Shown here one piece after another: positions 7,781-17,146 of a DNA stretch of 64,000 nt. This stretch comes from Nitrospirota bacterium (GTDB lineage Bacteria > Nitrospirota > Thermodesulfovibrionia > Thermodesulfovibrionales > SM23-35). The notes below the pieces were generated by a model that was not told the origin of the DNA, ran no database searches, and saw nothing but the letters and a program-made list of their open reading frames with translations. Positions within the stretch are counted from its first letter, which is position 1. Each line of letters begins with the position of its first letter. The DNA lies in assembly GCA_040756135.1 (NCBI GenBank), contig JBFLZS010000007.1:3072-67071 (forward strand), given 5' to 3'. The position numbers and the translations under genes are program-made.

Positions 7781-9685
7781 TTATGTCTCTTTCAATAATT
7801 TTTCTGTTCCCACTTCGGCATTTTCAGAATGCCGGATGTTGTCAATTACCTGATGAACCATTTCCCTTATTCTACTGTCACTATGATTAAGCAAGGGGTT
7901 CAGTATACTAAGTGCCTTCTTGCCGCCGAGTCTGGCTACTGCATCGATAGTGGAAAGGACAACAGGGACCTCTTTGTCATAAAGCATAGGTTTAAGGGCA
8001 TTAATCATATCCTGCCTCAATGAATTTCCTAATGCCTTAACAGCGGAGAGCCTGACCCACATATCTTTATCATTAAGTATCGATTTGATCTCGTCGTGGC
8101 AGCAATTTAATTCACCCATTGCCTTCACAGCAGCCCTTCTTACTTCAGGCTCATCGTCATGCATGGCTTTAGCAAGCCTTTTATATGCCCTCTCATCATG
8201 TATTTTCCCGAGCCCTGCTATTGCAGATACCTTAATCTTAAGATCTTTATCTTCCGAGAAGGTAAGGAGTATATTGATGTCCTTTGCATATTTCCCGATG
8301 ACCTCTTTCACATAGCCACTAAGTTCATCGAGGTGTAAAAATAAGGCCGCAGGATCAATATTGAGAAGTGCATTAACAGCTTCCTCTATAACATCCCGGT
8401 ATCTCTCTATATAAAGAAGTTTCAGGAGGGACTGAACAGATGCCTTATCACCTATCTTTCCCAGAGCAGAGACAGTCGCCTTCCTTACATGTCCATCGTA
8501 ATCATAAATGGCATCTAAAAGCGTCTGCGTTGTATCCTCGTCGTTTATTTCACCGATGGCATTTATGGCTGCCCTTCTAACATCCCTGAATTTACTATCA
8601 AGTAGTCTTATAAGGTTTGGAACGGCTTTCTTACACCTTAAGTCCCCAAGCAGCTCGATAGCTATCTGCTTTCCCCTGTACTTAATGGTGGTATTATTCA
8701 GGATATCAATCAGTGAATTGCTGCATCCGAAGTTCTTTAGTGCATCTTTGATGATCTGAAGCTTCTCCTCGGCATCTGGTTCAGATGGATCAAGAGAACC
8801 AGCAATGTCAATTATGGTATAAATTGCCTTTTCTTCCCTTAAACCGACAATGCCTTTAAGTATCATAAGCCTCTCATACCAGTCACCATTTCGAAACATA
8901 TCTATGAGTACATCAGAGATCTCGGGCATTGCCGGAGTAATACCAATCTGGACAAGACTCTTTATGGTTGCTGTTTTTTCAAAACCTTCTGATTTTTGCA
9001 GATGCCTGAAGAGGGCATTACTTGAATGTAGCGAAGCTATCCTTCCAAGTGTATCTATGGCTGCATATCTAATAATATCGTATGGGCTATTGAGAAGGGA
9101 TACTATAGGTTCTATAGAGGACTCGTCCTTTAATAGTGCAAGGGATTCGAGGGCTGAGAAACAGACCCATTCCTCGTCTCTTAAGGCACCTATCAACTGG
9201 GGCAATGCATCTTTATAACGGAGAATGCCAATTGCCTTTGCAGCAGATGCCCTCACATTCGGATTGGGGTCACTCACAAGAATTCGAGCTATTTCCTCGG
9301 GGTAATTACACTCTTTAATTTCGCAGATAAGGTCAATGGCAAATTTGCGTATATCCTCATCTTTATCTTTTAAAAGGAAATAGAGTAGAGGAATTGAAGC
9401 TGACCCTATTTCTTTCAATATGATCATTGCTGTATTCCTGAGAAGAGGCTCATCCCTGAGAAGAGGTATAGCCATGTAAGCAGTGACCTCACCACCTATG
9501 GAGATTAAAGAACGCATTGCTGCATCCTGGACACCCGGGTTGTCATCCTTTAATGCCTTAATCAGGGGATATATAGCCCTTTCGTCACCGGAGGATAAAT
9601 CCTCAGCGGAGGAACGCCTTTTTGATGAATCGTTATGGGCGAGCCCCTTTAACAGCTTTGATAGTTTTTTAGTTCCTATGGTCAT
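7781..9685 (-). CDS. HEAT-repeat (PBS-lyase-type) protein, first gene of the chemotaxis operon
   Basis: 634 aa. Many recurring units of the form D.d..VR..A..ALG.ig, for example DDNPGVQDAAMRSL, DPNPNVRASAAKAIG, DDEPEVRRAAVKAMG. Confidence 0.8.
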   Translation of the reverse strand: MTIGTKKLSKLLKGLAHNDSSKRRSSAEDLSSGDERAIYPLIKALKDDNPGVQDAAMRSLISIGGEVTAYMAIPLLRDEPLLRNTAMIILKEIGSASIPLLYFLLKDKDEDIRKFAIDLICEIKECNYPEEIARILVSDPNPNVRASAAKAIGILRYKDALPQLIGALRDEEWVCFSALESLALLKDESSIEPIVSLLNSPYDIIRYAAIDTLGRIASLHSSNALFRHLQKSEGFEKTATIKSLVQIGITPAMPEISDVLIDMFRNGDWYERLMILKGIVGLREEKAIYTIIDIAGSLDPSEPDAEEKLQIIKDALKNFGCSNSLIDILNNTTIKYRGKQIAIELLGDLRCKKAVPNLIRLLDSKFRDVRRAAINAIGEINDEDTTQTLLDAIYDYDGHVRKATVSALGKIGDKASVQSLLKLLYIERYRDVIEEAVNALLNIDPAALFLHLDELSGYVKEVIGKYAKDINILLTFSEDKDLKIKVSAIAGLGKIHDERAYKRLAKAMHDDEPEVRRAAVKAMGELNCCHDEIKSILNDKDMWVRLSAVKALGNSLRQDMINALKPMLYDKEVPVVLSTIDAVARLGGKKALSILNPLLNHSDSRIREMVHQVIDNIRHSENAEVGTEKLLKET

Positions 9686-9701
9686 ACCGATCCTTTTTTT
9701 C

Positions 9702-9728
9702 TTATCGGAATTTCAGGGAAATTCTTTA
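9702..9728 (-). promoter_or_regulatory. Sigma-28 (FliA) promoter match upstream of the chemotaxis operon
   Basis: The minus strand reads TAAA gaatttccctgaaat TCCGATAA. This is the consensus TAAA-N15-GCCGATAA with one mismatch, ending 16 nt upstream of the ATG at 9685. Confidence 0.55.
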
Positions 9729-9789
9729 ACTATACCTAAACGTTGCATAAAATTATTAAGAGTTTCATAATTGAATAGACATTATTTAG

Positions 9790-9866
9790 AAAATCTCCCC
9801 TCGCCCCTCTTTGCCAAAGAGGGGTATGATTCCTCCCTTTGGCAAAGGGAGGTTAGGAGGGATTTT
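9790..9866. repeat. Family B double-hairpin element (core)
   Basis: aaaatctcccctcgcccctctttgccaaagaggggtatgattcctccctttggcaaagggaggttaggagggatttt. Flanked by imperfect outer inverted repeats (cataattgaatagacatt ... atgtgcatactataatgag). Confidence 0.85.
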
Positions 9867-9913
9867 ATGATTATTATGTGCATACTATAATGAGACGATT
9901 AATATCTAAAATC

Positions 9914-9982
9914 GTCATTGCCCGACTTGATCGGGCAATCCAGAGAAAGGTTCTGGATTATCCGGTCAAGCCGGATAATGAC
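9914..9982. repeat. Family A element (inner twin hairpins only)
   Basis: gtcattgcccgacttgatcgggcaatccag agaaaggtt ctggattatccggtcaagccggataatgac. Confidence 0.75.
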
Positions 9983-10000
9983 AAAAAAGAGTTCAATAAT

Positions 10001-10738
10001 TCACGTCAGAGAGGGAGCATGATTCAGCTTTGCCTTGAGCCTGATAAGGGCCTGGCTATGAAGCTGACATACTCTTCCCTCTGTAAGTTTTAGCGCCTTT
10101 GCTATCTCCTTCATCGTCATTTCATCCCAATAGTAGAGTGATAGAATGAGTTTTTCCTTTTCTGGAAGCTCATTGATAAGAACTGCAAGCACCTCCCTTT
10201 TATTGTTGTCTTCGAATACCTCAAGAGGACTTTTGGCATTAGGGTCTGGTATACATTCTGTAACGTCCAGACCGCTCTCTTCATACTTTTCGTTGAAATC
10301 CTCGAATCTCAATGTCACCCGGGAGTTTGCAATCTGTAATATCCTGTAATACTCATCAAGTAATATTCCGAGAGACCTTGCAACCTCTTCGTCTTCTGGT
10401 AATCGGCCAAGCTCTTTTTCAAGTTTAAGATGTGCTTTTTTGATAGAGTCAATCTTCTTCTTCATGGACCTGGGTATCCAGTTGTGTGCCCTCAGTTCAT
10501 CAAGCATTGCACCCTTTATCCTGAACTGGACAAACGTATTAAGCTTTACCCTTCCTTTGTTGTATCTCTGAAGGGCATCTAAGAGGCCTATTATTCCGAC
10601 ACTGGTGAGGTCGTCAACGGTTAGCTGCGGAGGTAATCTCCACGCTAATCTGTAGGCTGTATATTTTATGAACGGCAGAAATTCCTTGATGATCTGTTCC
10701 TTTCCTTCTTCGCTTATTTCTGTTTTATAGGTAATCAT
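10001..10738 (-). CDS. fliA: Flagellar RNA polymerase sigma factor (sigma-28)
   Basis: Region 2 (DDLTSVGIIGLLDALQRY), region 3, and region 4 HTH (MTMKEIAKALKLTEGRVCQLHSQAL). Positioned after flhF-flhG. Confidence 0.9.
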   Translation of the reverse strand: MITYKTEISEEGKEQIIKEFLPFIKYTAYRLAWRLPPQLTVDDLTSVGIIGLLDALQRYNKGRVKLNTFVQFRIKGAMLDELRAHNWIPRSMKKKIDSIKKAHLKLEKELGRLPEDEEVARSLGILLDEYYRILQIANSRVTLRFEDFNEKYEESGLDVTECIPDPNAKSPLEVFEDNNKREVLAVLINELPEKEKLILSLYYWDEMTMKEIAKALKLTEGRVCQLHSQALIRLKAKLNHAPSLT

Positions 10739-10764
10739 CTCATAATTGAATAGACATTAATCAA

Positions 10765-10841
10765 AAAATCTCCCCTCACCCCTCTTTGCCAAAGAGGGGT
10801 ATGATTCCTCCCTTTGGCAAAGGGAGGTTAGGAGGGATTTT
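10765..10841. repeat. Family B double-hairpin element (core)
   Basis: Near-identical to 9790-9866 by eye. Occupies the flhG-fliA spacer. Confidence 0.85.
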
Positions 10842-10895
10842 CTGATAATTATGTGCATACTATTTCGAGACTGCTAATAGATTGAGCTCCTCCGA

Positions 10896-11744
10896 TTATG
10901 CCTGTTTCATTTTCTGTAACGAACTGGCAGATAAGAGATTGCCTAAGAAAAACTGCAAGGTCCCTTTCACTTTGCTGTTTGAGTCAGAGAACTTTGATGC
11001 GATCTCAGTAAACTTCTGAGACGCGATACTGTTAGGATAGATCTCAACAATGGCCCTCTGCTCCTTTACTGCCCTCTGTATAGAACTGTCGAAGGGGATA
11101 CATCCTATGTAATCAAGAGATATGTTTAAAAATTTCTCGGCAACTATTGAGAGTCTTCTGAAAACCTCAAATCCTTCCTCTGAACTCTTGACAAAATTCA
11201 CGAGGACACGGAATTCCTTTTCCTGATATCTGGTAAAAAGAACCTTGATCAGGGCATAAGCATCTGTGATTGCTGTGGGTTCAGGAGATGTTACTACCAC
11301 TATCTCCTGCGCAGCGATACAGAAAAAAGCTACATTCTCAGATATGCCTGCAGCGGTGTCTATGATAAGAAAATCGATGTCGTCATCATATAAATCAAAG
11401 CCCTCCAGCAATCTCAGCCTCTGAAACTCATCGAGAGATGTTAATTCCTGAACGCCTGAACTGGCTGGCAGTATCTTTATCCCGCGTGGACCTTCAATAA
11501 CAATATCCTTTAATGTCATCTTTCCGTCTAACACATGCTTGATGTTGTAACGCGGTGTTAATTGAAATAAAATATCTATATTGCTTAATCCAAGGTCAGC
11601 GTCTAAAATCATTACATTCTTGCCGCTCTTTCTTATTTCCAGGGCAATGTTTGCTGCGATGTTGGTCTTTCCTACACCACCCTTTCCACTTGTAATAGCT
11701 ATCGTCCTTACGCACTTTGTCTTCTGCCGGTTCTCGATCAACAT
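10896..11744 (-). CDS. flhG: MinD/ParA-type ATPase FlhG (YlxH)
   Basis: Deviant Walker A IAITSGKGGVGKT. Positioned directly after flhF, with a 7-nt overlap. Confidence 0.88.
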   Translation of the reverse strand: MLIENRQKTKCVRTIAITSGKGGVGKTNIAANIALEIRKSGKNVMILDADLGLSNIDILFQLTPRYNIKHVLDGKMTLKDIVIEGPRGIKILPASSGVQELTSLDEFQRLRLLEGFDLYDDDIDFLIIDTAAGISENVAFFCIAAQEIVVVTSPEPTAITDAYALIKVLFTRYQEKEFRVLVNFVKSSEEGFEVFRRLSIVAEKFLNISLDYIGCIPFDSSIQRAVKEQRAIVEIYPNSIASQKFTEIASKFSDSNSKVKGTLQFFLGNLLSASSLQKMKQA

Positions 11745-12868
11745 GTATAGCTCCTTTTTCTTAAAATGAGACTGGTGAGTTTATCCGGTGTAATAAATTC
11801 AATGTCACCGGGAACCTTCTGGCCGGTTGTTACAAATGCAACCGGTTTCTGATATATGAGGAGCAGGTTATAAAGAGTTCCATACCGTACAGCTTCATCA
11901 ACTTTTGTAAAGGCAATATAGTCAACAGGCAACATTCTATAAAACCTGTATGCATCTATCATGAATTCATCATCAGAACTCGCACTCATGAGGAGATGAA
12001 GCTCTACGGGAACCTTTATCTGACATGCCGACAGTATCTCATTAATATATGACTCATCTCGCGGGTTTCTTCCGGTGGTATCAATAAAAATAATATCCCT
12101 GCTTTCCGAGTATCGTATGAGACACTCTTCAAGTTCTTTTCCTTGAGAAACGATCGAAAGCGGTATGCCCATAATCCTCGAATAGATCCGCACCTGTTCA
12201 ACAGCTCCTATCCTGTAAGTGTCAAGGTTGACCATCGCTGCTTTTTTGCCCTCTTGAATTGCAAGGGCAGAGAGTTTCGCAATGGTCGTTGTTTTGCCCA
12301 CGCCTGTTGGACCGATGAGCATAACAGCCTTCTTGTTAGTATTTATTGGCTTCACCTTTATATCATTCGATAGTAATGAAGGAATCTGGCTCAGATCTTT
12401 AGCTTTTTCACACAGACGGAGGGCGAATTCTTCACGTATCGATCTTTTTATGAGAAAATGCAGTATCATTCTTTTTTCAGGAGGTAATGAGAGGTTATAG
12501 CCGGTATTCTTCATGTTTTCTATAATCCCCTTAAGGCTGCCAATCTCATTTTTAATATCATCAACCAGTGTAGAAGAAAGCAGTTTAGAGCTCGAAGTTC
12601 GGAATTCGGAGTTTGCAATCCCCCCTTGCCCTCCTTTTTCAAATCCCCCCTTACCCCCCTTTTCCAAATCCCCCCTTACCCCCCTTTTTAAAGGGGGGAT
12701 GGGGGGATTATATCCTGAGTCATAATCAACCGCTGCAGTGACCTCAACAAAAGGTCTGATACCTCTTTTTTCTTCCGATGATAGTATTATTGCATCCTCA
12801 CTGAGTTCTTTTTTGATTAGGTCAAGGGCATCAGCAAAATTCCTTGCTTTGAATTTCTTAATCTTCAT
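11738..12868 (-). CDS. flhF: SRP-type GTPase FlhF
   Basis: NG-domain motifs LIGPTGVGKTTTIAKL, DTTGRN and FTKVDE. The N-terminal B domain carries a repeat insertion. Confidence 0.9.
   Translation of the reverse strand: MKIKKFKARNFADALDLIKKELSEDAIILSSEEKRGIRPFVEVTAAVDYDSGYNPPIPPLKRGVRGDLEKGGKGGFEKGGQGGIANSEFRTSSSKLLSSTLVDDIKNEIGSLKGIIENMKNTGYNLSLPPEKRMILHFLIKRSIREEFALRLCEKAKDLSQIPSLLSNDIKVKPINTNKKAVMLIGPTGVGKTTTIAKLSALAIQEGKKAAMVNLDTYRIGAVEQVRIYSRIMGIPLSIVSQGKELEECLIRYSESRDIIFIDTTGRNPRDESYINEILSACQIKVPVELHLLMSASSDDEFMIDAYRFYRMLPVDYIAFTKVDEAVRYGTLYNLLLIYQKPVAFVTTGQKVPGDIEFITPDKLTSLILRKRSYTC
12617..12709. repeat. Family B-prime palindromic element (left arm triplicated) in frame in the FlhF B domain
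   Basis: Three copies of aatcccccctt[g/a]cccc..tttt.c, then aaaggggggatggggggatt. Translated as NPPIPPLKRGVRGDLEKGGKGGFEKGGQGGIA. Confidence 0.85.
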
Positions 12869-14891
12869 ATTTCAAAACCCCTGTTGTATAAAGTTTTACA
12901 GATGGAGATATTTCGGCATTTGAGAGAATGACAACTGATGGGAGGAATCTCTCTGTAATCTTCCTGAGCAATCTTCGAGCATTTACTGAGCAAAGGATAA
13001 TTGGCTGAACCCCCTTAAACCTGTTTTCCTTCAGAGCGGTTTCGATTGCCCGTGTCATCTTGTTGACGATCTCGGGATTTATTGCGCCTCCAGCCTCAAG
13101 AGAATGTGAAAGCTCTTTTTCAAATTGTGGATCAAAAATCATCACATAGATGCTTCCGTCAGGCGTCATGTATTGTTTGGTTATATATCGTGAAAGTGCT
13201 TGTCTCACAAACTCTGTGAGTGTTTCGACATCTTTCACTGACGGGGCGTAATCGAGTAGAGTCTCAAGGATGGTAATCAGGTCATTGATCGGTACCCTCT
13301 CTTTCAAAAGATTCTGGAGCACTCTCTGAACACTGCCTAATGTAAGATGAGAAGGGATAAGCTCATCTATAATCTTCGGATAGTTCTTTGAAACATTATC
13401 CAGCAGGCTCTGGACTTCAGTCCTTGTAAGGAGCTCCGCAGCGTGTGCCTTTATTAGTTCTGTGAGGTGTGTGGCTATTACTGTTGCAGGGTCAACTACC
13501 ATGTAACCACTTGTTTGAGCCTTTTCTATGTCCCTCTCGCTGATCCAGAAGGCCGGGAGTCCGAATGCTGGCTCCTTTGTAGGTATCCCCTCTAATTTTT
13601 CTGCTTCAACTGAGGAGACAGCGAGGTAGTAACCCATCATAACCTCACCCTTTGCAACCTCAATGCCCCTTATAAGAAGGCTGTATTCGTGAGGCCTGAG
13701 CTGGAGGTTGTCCTTTATATGTATTGAAGGCACAACAAAGCCAAGTTCTGAAGCAAGTTGTTTCCTCATGGCCTTTATCTTATTAAGGAGATTTGACTTT
13801 TCTCCTTCTACAAGAGGAATCAGACCATATCCGATTTCGAGCGTGAGTGGTTCGATCTCCATGAATGTTTCGATGGCAGGTTCCCGCATTACTTGTTCGA
13901 CTTTTTCTTCTTTTTCTTCTATACCCTTGGCTGTGGAAATGATATACGCTAAAGCGCCTGAAGCAGCAGAAAGGAGCAAGAATGGAATATGAGGAAGTCC
14001 TGGTACAACTCCAAGAACAACCATAATACCTGAGGCAGTGCCAAGGGTCTTCGGATTTAATAATAACTGTTGAGTTATGTCTTTACTGAGATCTCTCTCA
14101 GTTCCGGCACGGCTTACAACTATGCCCGCTGCGGTGGATATAAGCAAAGCCGGGATCTGTGAAACTAAACCATCACCTATGGTAAGTATTGTATATGTTT
14201 TCGCTGCGTCTTCAATGGACATGCCTTTCTGTATTAAACCTATGATCAAACCACCTATGATGTTTATGCCGGTTATGATTAATCCTGCAATAGCGTCACC
14301 TCTCACAAATTTACTGGCACCGTCCATAGCGCCATAGAAATCAGCCTCTTGGGCAATGAGGGCTCTCCTTCTCCTTGCCTCTGATTCATCGATGAGCCCT
14401 GAATTAAGGTCCGCATCTATAGCCATCTGTTTGCCAGGCATACCATCGAGTGTAAAACGTGCAGCCACCTCTGCTATCCTTCCAGACCCTTTTGTGATGA
14501 CGACAAAATTGACGACTACCAATATCAGAAAGACAATGAAACCAACAGCATAGTTGCCACCAACAACAAAGCTTCCAAACGATTTTATCACCTGTCCAGC
14601 TGCTTCTATCCCTTCACTGCCCCTCAGTAAAATCAACCTTGTAGCTGCAATATTCAAAGCAAGCCTGTAGAGTGTTGTGAGGAGAAGGATGGAAGGGAAT
14701 ACAGAAAAATCTAATGGTTTCTTAATATAAATGCCAGTTATGATTATAACTATTGAAATCGATATTGAAAAGGAGAGGAGGATATCCAGTATGAATGGTG
14801 GAACAGGGAGGATCATAACACCTAAAATGGCCACAACACTTATTGCGATGGTAAAATCCTGCCTCTGTTGAATCAGGTTGAGGAATCTCAT
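12858..14891 (-). CDS. flhA: Flagellar export apparatus protein FlhA
   Basis: FHIPEP-family motifs (RFTLDGMPGKQMAIDADL), eight-TM-type N-terminus, large cytoplasmic C-domain. Confidence 0.97.
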   Translation of the reverse strand: MRFLNLIQQRQDFTIAISVVAILGVMILPVPPFILDILLSFSISISIVIIITGIYIKKPLDFSVFPSILLLTTLYRLALNIAATRLILLRGSEGIEAAGQVIKSFGSFVVGGNYAVGFIVFLILVVVNFVVITKGSGRIAEVAARFTLDGMPGKQMAIDADLNSGLIDESEARRRRALIAQEADFYGAMDGASKFVRGDAIAGLIITGINIIGGLIIGLIQKGMSIEDAAKTYTILTIGDGLVSQIPALLISTAAGIVVSRAGTERDLSKDITQQLLLNPKTLGTASGIMVVLGVVPGLPHIPFLLLSAASGALAYIISTAKGIEEKEEKVEQVMREPAIETFMEIEPLTLEIGYGLIPLVEGEKSNLLNKIKAMRKQLASELGFVVPSIHIKDNLQLRPHEYSLLIRGIEVAKGEVMMGYYLAVSSVEAEKLEGIPTKEPAFGLPAFWISERDIEKAQTSGYMVVDPATVIATHLTELIKAHAAELLTRTEVQSLLDNVSKNYPKIIDELIPSHLTLGSVQRVLQNLLKERVPINDLITILETLLDYAPSVKDVETLTEFVRQALSRYITKQYMTPDGSIYVMIFDPQFEKELSHSLEAGGAINPEIVNKMTRAIETALKENRFKGVQPIILCSVNARRLLRKITERFLPSVVILSNAEISPSVKLYTTGVLKYED

Positions 14892-15922
14892 GCTACTCCC
14901 CTTACGTTATAAATGTATGCCAATATCTTTGCTACTGCTCTGTAGAGATCTACTGGTATAAATGAATCTAAATTAAGCTTATAAAGCGCCCTGGCCAATG
15001 GTTTGTCTTCCACAATAGGGATGTGATTTTTGCGGGCTATCTCTTTAATCTTCTCAGCGACGAATCCCGCGCCCTTTGCGATGACCATCGGAGCCGACAT
15101 CTCTTCTTTTTTATATTTGAGGGCGACAGCGATATGGGTTGGGTTTGTTATGACTACCGTCGCCTTCGGAACCTCCTGCATCATACGTCTCCGTGCCAGC
15201 TCCCTCTGAATACTCTTGACCCTTGACTTTACTAATGGGTCACCCTCTGTTTCTTTGTATTCCTCTTTTACTTCATGTTTCGTCATTTTAAGAGAGCGTT
15301 CGAACCTCCATCTTTCATAGAGATAATCCATGACAGCGAAAATAAAAAACGTCATGAAAATTATGATGACAGCCTTAAATAGGAGTCTGCCGGATACCCG
15401 CATGATCTCCCTGATATCCATAGCCTGTGTAAAGGGAAGTATTGCAATAAGACTTTTTATAATTAGATAAAATATGAACCCCCCCACAGCAAACTTTAAA
15501 AGACTCTTGAGAAACTCTACGATGCCATATCTCGAAAATAATCTCTTGAATCCATTGATAGGATTGAGCCTTTCTGTTTCAAGACTCAGGGGCTTCAGAA
15601 TGAAGCCGCCCTGCAATACCCCTGTCAACACAGCGAAAGCGAATGCAATCCCGAGGAAGGGAAATAATATCCAGAACATTTCAGATGCTGCAAATCTCAT
15701 GGCAAAGGCAGGATTGCTCCCATATTGCAGATTGAGAAGTTTTCTCATCAACTCTGACATGTTGACTATGAAAGAACTTCCTGAAAAATAGAACATGAGT
15801 ATTATTCCACCGGTAGCAGACATTGATATAAGTTCTCTGCTCCTCGCAACCTGTCCTTTCTCCTTTGCCTTCTGTTGCCTTCTCGGCGTTGCCTGTTCAG
15901 TTCTTTCTTCGAATCCAGCCAT
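14888..15922 (-). CDS. flhB: Flagellar export switch protein FlhB
   Basis: N-terminal EERTEQATPRR, four-TM region, NPTH autocleavage site (VVITNPTHIAVAL). Confidence 0.95.
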   Translation of the reverse strand: MAGFEERTEQATPRRQQKAKEKGQVARSRELISMSATGGIILMFYFSGSSFIVNMSELMRKLLNLQYGSNPAFAMRFAASEMFWILFPFLGIAFAFAVLTGVLQGGFILKPLSLETERLNPINGFKRLFSRYGIVEFLKSLLKFAVGGFIFYLIIKSLIAILPFTQAMDIREIMRVSGRLLFKAVIIIFMTFFIFAVMDYLYERWRFERSLKMTKHEVKEEYKETEGDPLVKSRVKSIQRELARRRMMQEVPKATVVITNPTHIAVALKYKKEEMSAPMVIAKGAGFVAEKIKEIARKNHIPIVEDKPLARALYKLNLDSFIPVDLYRAVAKILAYIYNVRGVA

Positions 15923-15924
15923 CT

Positions 15925-16677
15925 TTATCCTCTTGCCAGGGCAATAACCTTTGTCATCTCATCTTTTATGGTGTTGAGATAACCTCCCATAACATTCACG
16001 AAAACAGGTATACCGATAAGCATGACAAAAAGTCCGACAAAGATATAAATTGGATATGCGACAAAAAAGATGTTTATCTGCGGAGCCGCTTTATAAATGA
16101 ACCCGAGTAGAATATGCGAGATAAGCATGATAATAATAACAGGCGCGCTTATTTTCAAGGCTATGATAAACATCGTACTGCCGAGTGAAATAACTGCCGG
16201 AACGATTTTGATTATTGTTATTTCTCCAGCAGGGAGCCATTCATAGCTTTTCACGAAGATGTATATGAGGTCGTGATGTGCATCCATGGCAAGGAAGATG
16301 AGCATCCCGATAAACATAAAGAACTGTGATAATTCTGTGGACTGGCCGATTTCCGGATTAAAAACATGAGCTATGGTCAGCCCCATAGAATTGCTGATCA
16401 CCTGCCCTGCAATTTCGACTGCAAAAAAAACAAGCCTTGCAACATATCCGAAGGCAATGCCCAGGATAATTTCATTGAAAACTAAGAGTGGGATACTCTT
16501 TTCCGTGATGTGTAATTCAACGATAGGGGTCAGGATGAATGCAATTGCAGCGGCAATGCCTATCTTCATCTGGGCCGGGAAATTCCTGCTGCCAAAAAAA
16601 GGAAGCAGACTTACAAATATCCCTGCCCTCAAAAGGATGAGTAAAAAGTTCGGGACATATTTTGCAAAGATATCCAT
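15925..16677 (-). CDS. fliR: Flagellar export apparatus protein FliR
   Basis: 250-aa polytopic membrane protein positioned between fliQ and flhB. N-terminus is FliR-like (FLLILLRAGIFVSLLPFFG). Confidence 0.9.
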   Translation of the reverse strand: MDIFAKYVPNFLLILLRAGIFVSLLPFFGSRNFPAQMKIGIAAAIAFILTPIVELHITEKSIPLLVFNEIILGIAFGYVARLVFFAVEIAGQVISNSMGLTIAHVFNPEIGQSTELSQFFMFIGMLIFLAMDAHHDLIYIFVKSYEWLPAGEITIIKIVPAVISLGSTMFIIALKISAPVIIIMLISHILLGFIYKAAPQINIFFVAYPIYIFVGLFVMLIGIPVFVNVMGGYLNTIKDEMTKVIALARG

Positions 16678-16698
16678 AATCTAACTAAATAAATTCCA

Positions 16699-16838
16699 CC
16701 TAAATTGAGCGATTTATTATCTCAATAATGCCACTGAGACAGGCGAGACGCCTGTCCTACGGGTTTGAGGTTTCACCTTTCAAGTAGGACAGCCGTCTCG
16801 GCTGTCCTTGATTTGTCAAAAGAATCGCTCAATTTAGG
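16699..16838. mobile_element. Family F MITE-like element in the fliQ-fliR spacer
   Basis: Perfect 16-bp TIRs cctaaattgagcgatt (16699-16714) and aatcgctcaatttagg (16823-16838). Internal hairpins gacaggcg-aga-cgcctgtc and ggacagccg-tct-cggctgtcc. Confidence 0.85.
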
Positions 16839-16876
16839 TTCCAATAATCAAGCACCAATGATCAAATAACAGTTCA

Positions 16877-17146
16877 TCATTTTATATACAGCGGCATCTT
16901 TTCTATGAGTACAGTTGTGAAAGAAATGAGAATCTTCGATATCCATGGGAAGAATATGAACAGGCATATAAATACTGCGATTATCTTAGGTACAAATGTC
17001 AGGGTAAACTCCTGGATTTGTGTTACTGCCTGGAAAAGACTCACAATAAGCCCTACAAAGAGGCTCACCAGCAGCGGAGGACCAGATACGAGGAGTATCG
17101 TCTTAAACACCTCACCTGAAAGCTCTTTTACCATGTCTGCGGTCAT
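16877..17146 (-). CDS. fliQ: Flagellar export apparatus protein FliQ
   Basis: 89 aa counted from the internal ATG at 17146, which overlaps the fliP stop as ATGA. Sequence [29 protein letters not shown] is typical of FliQ. Confidence 0.9.
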   Translation of the reverse strand: MTADMVKELSGEVFKTILLVSGPPLLVSLFVGLIVSLFQAVTQIQEFTLTFVPKIIAVFICLFIFFPWISKILISFTTVLIEKMPLYIK

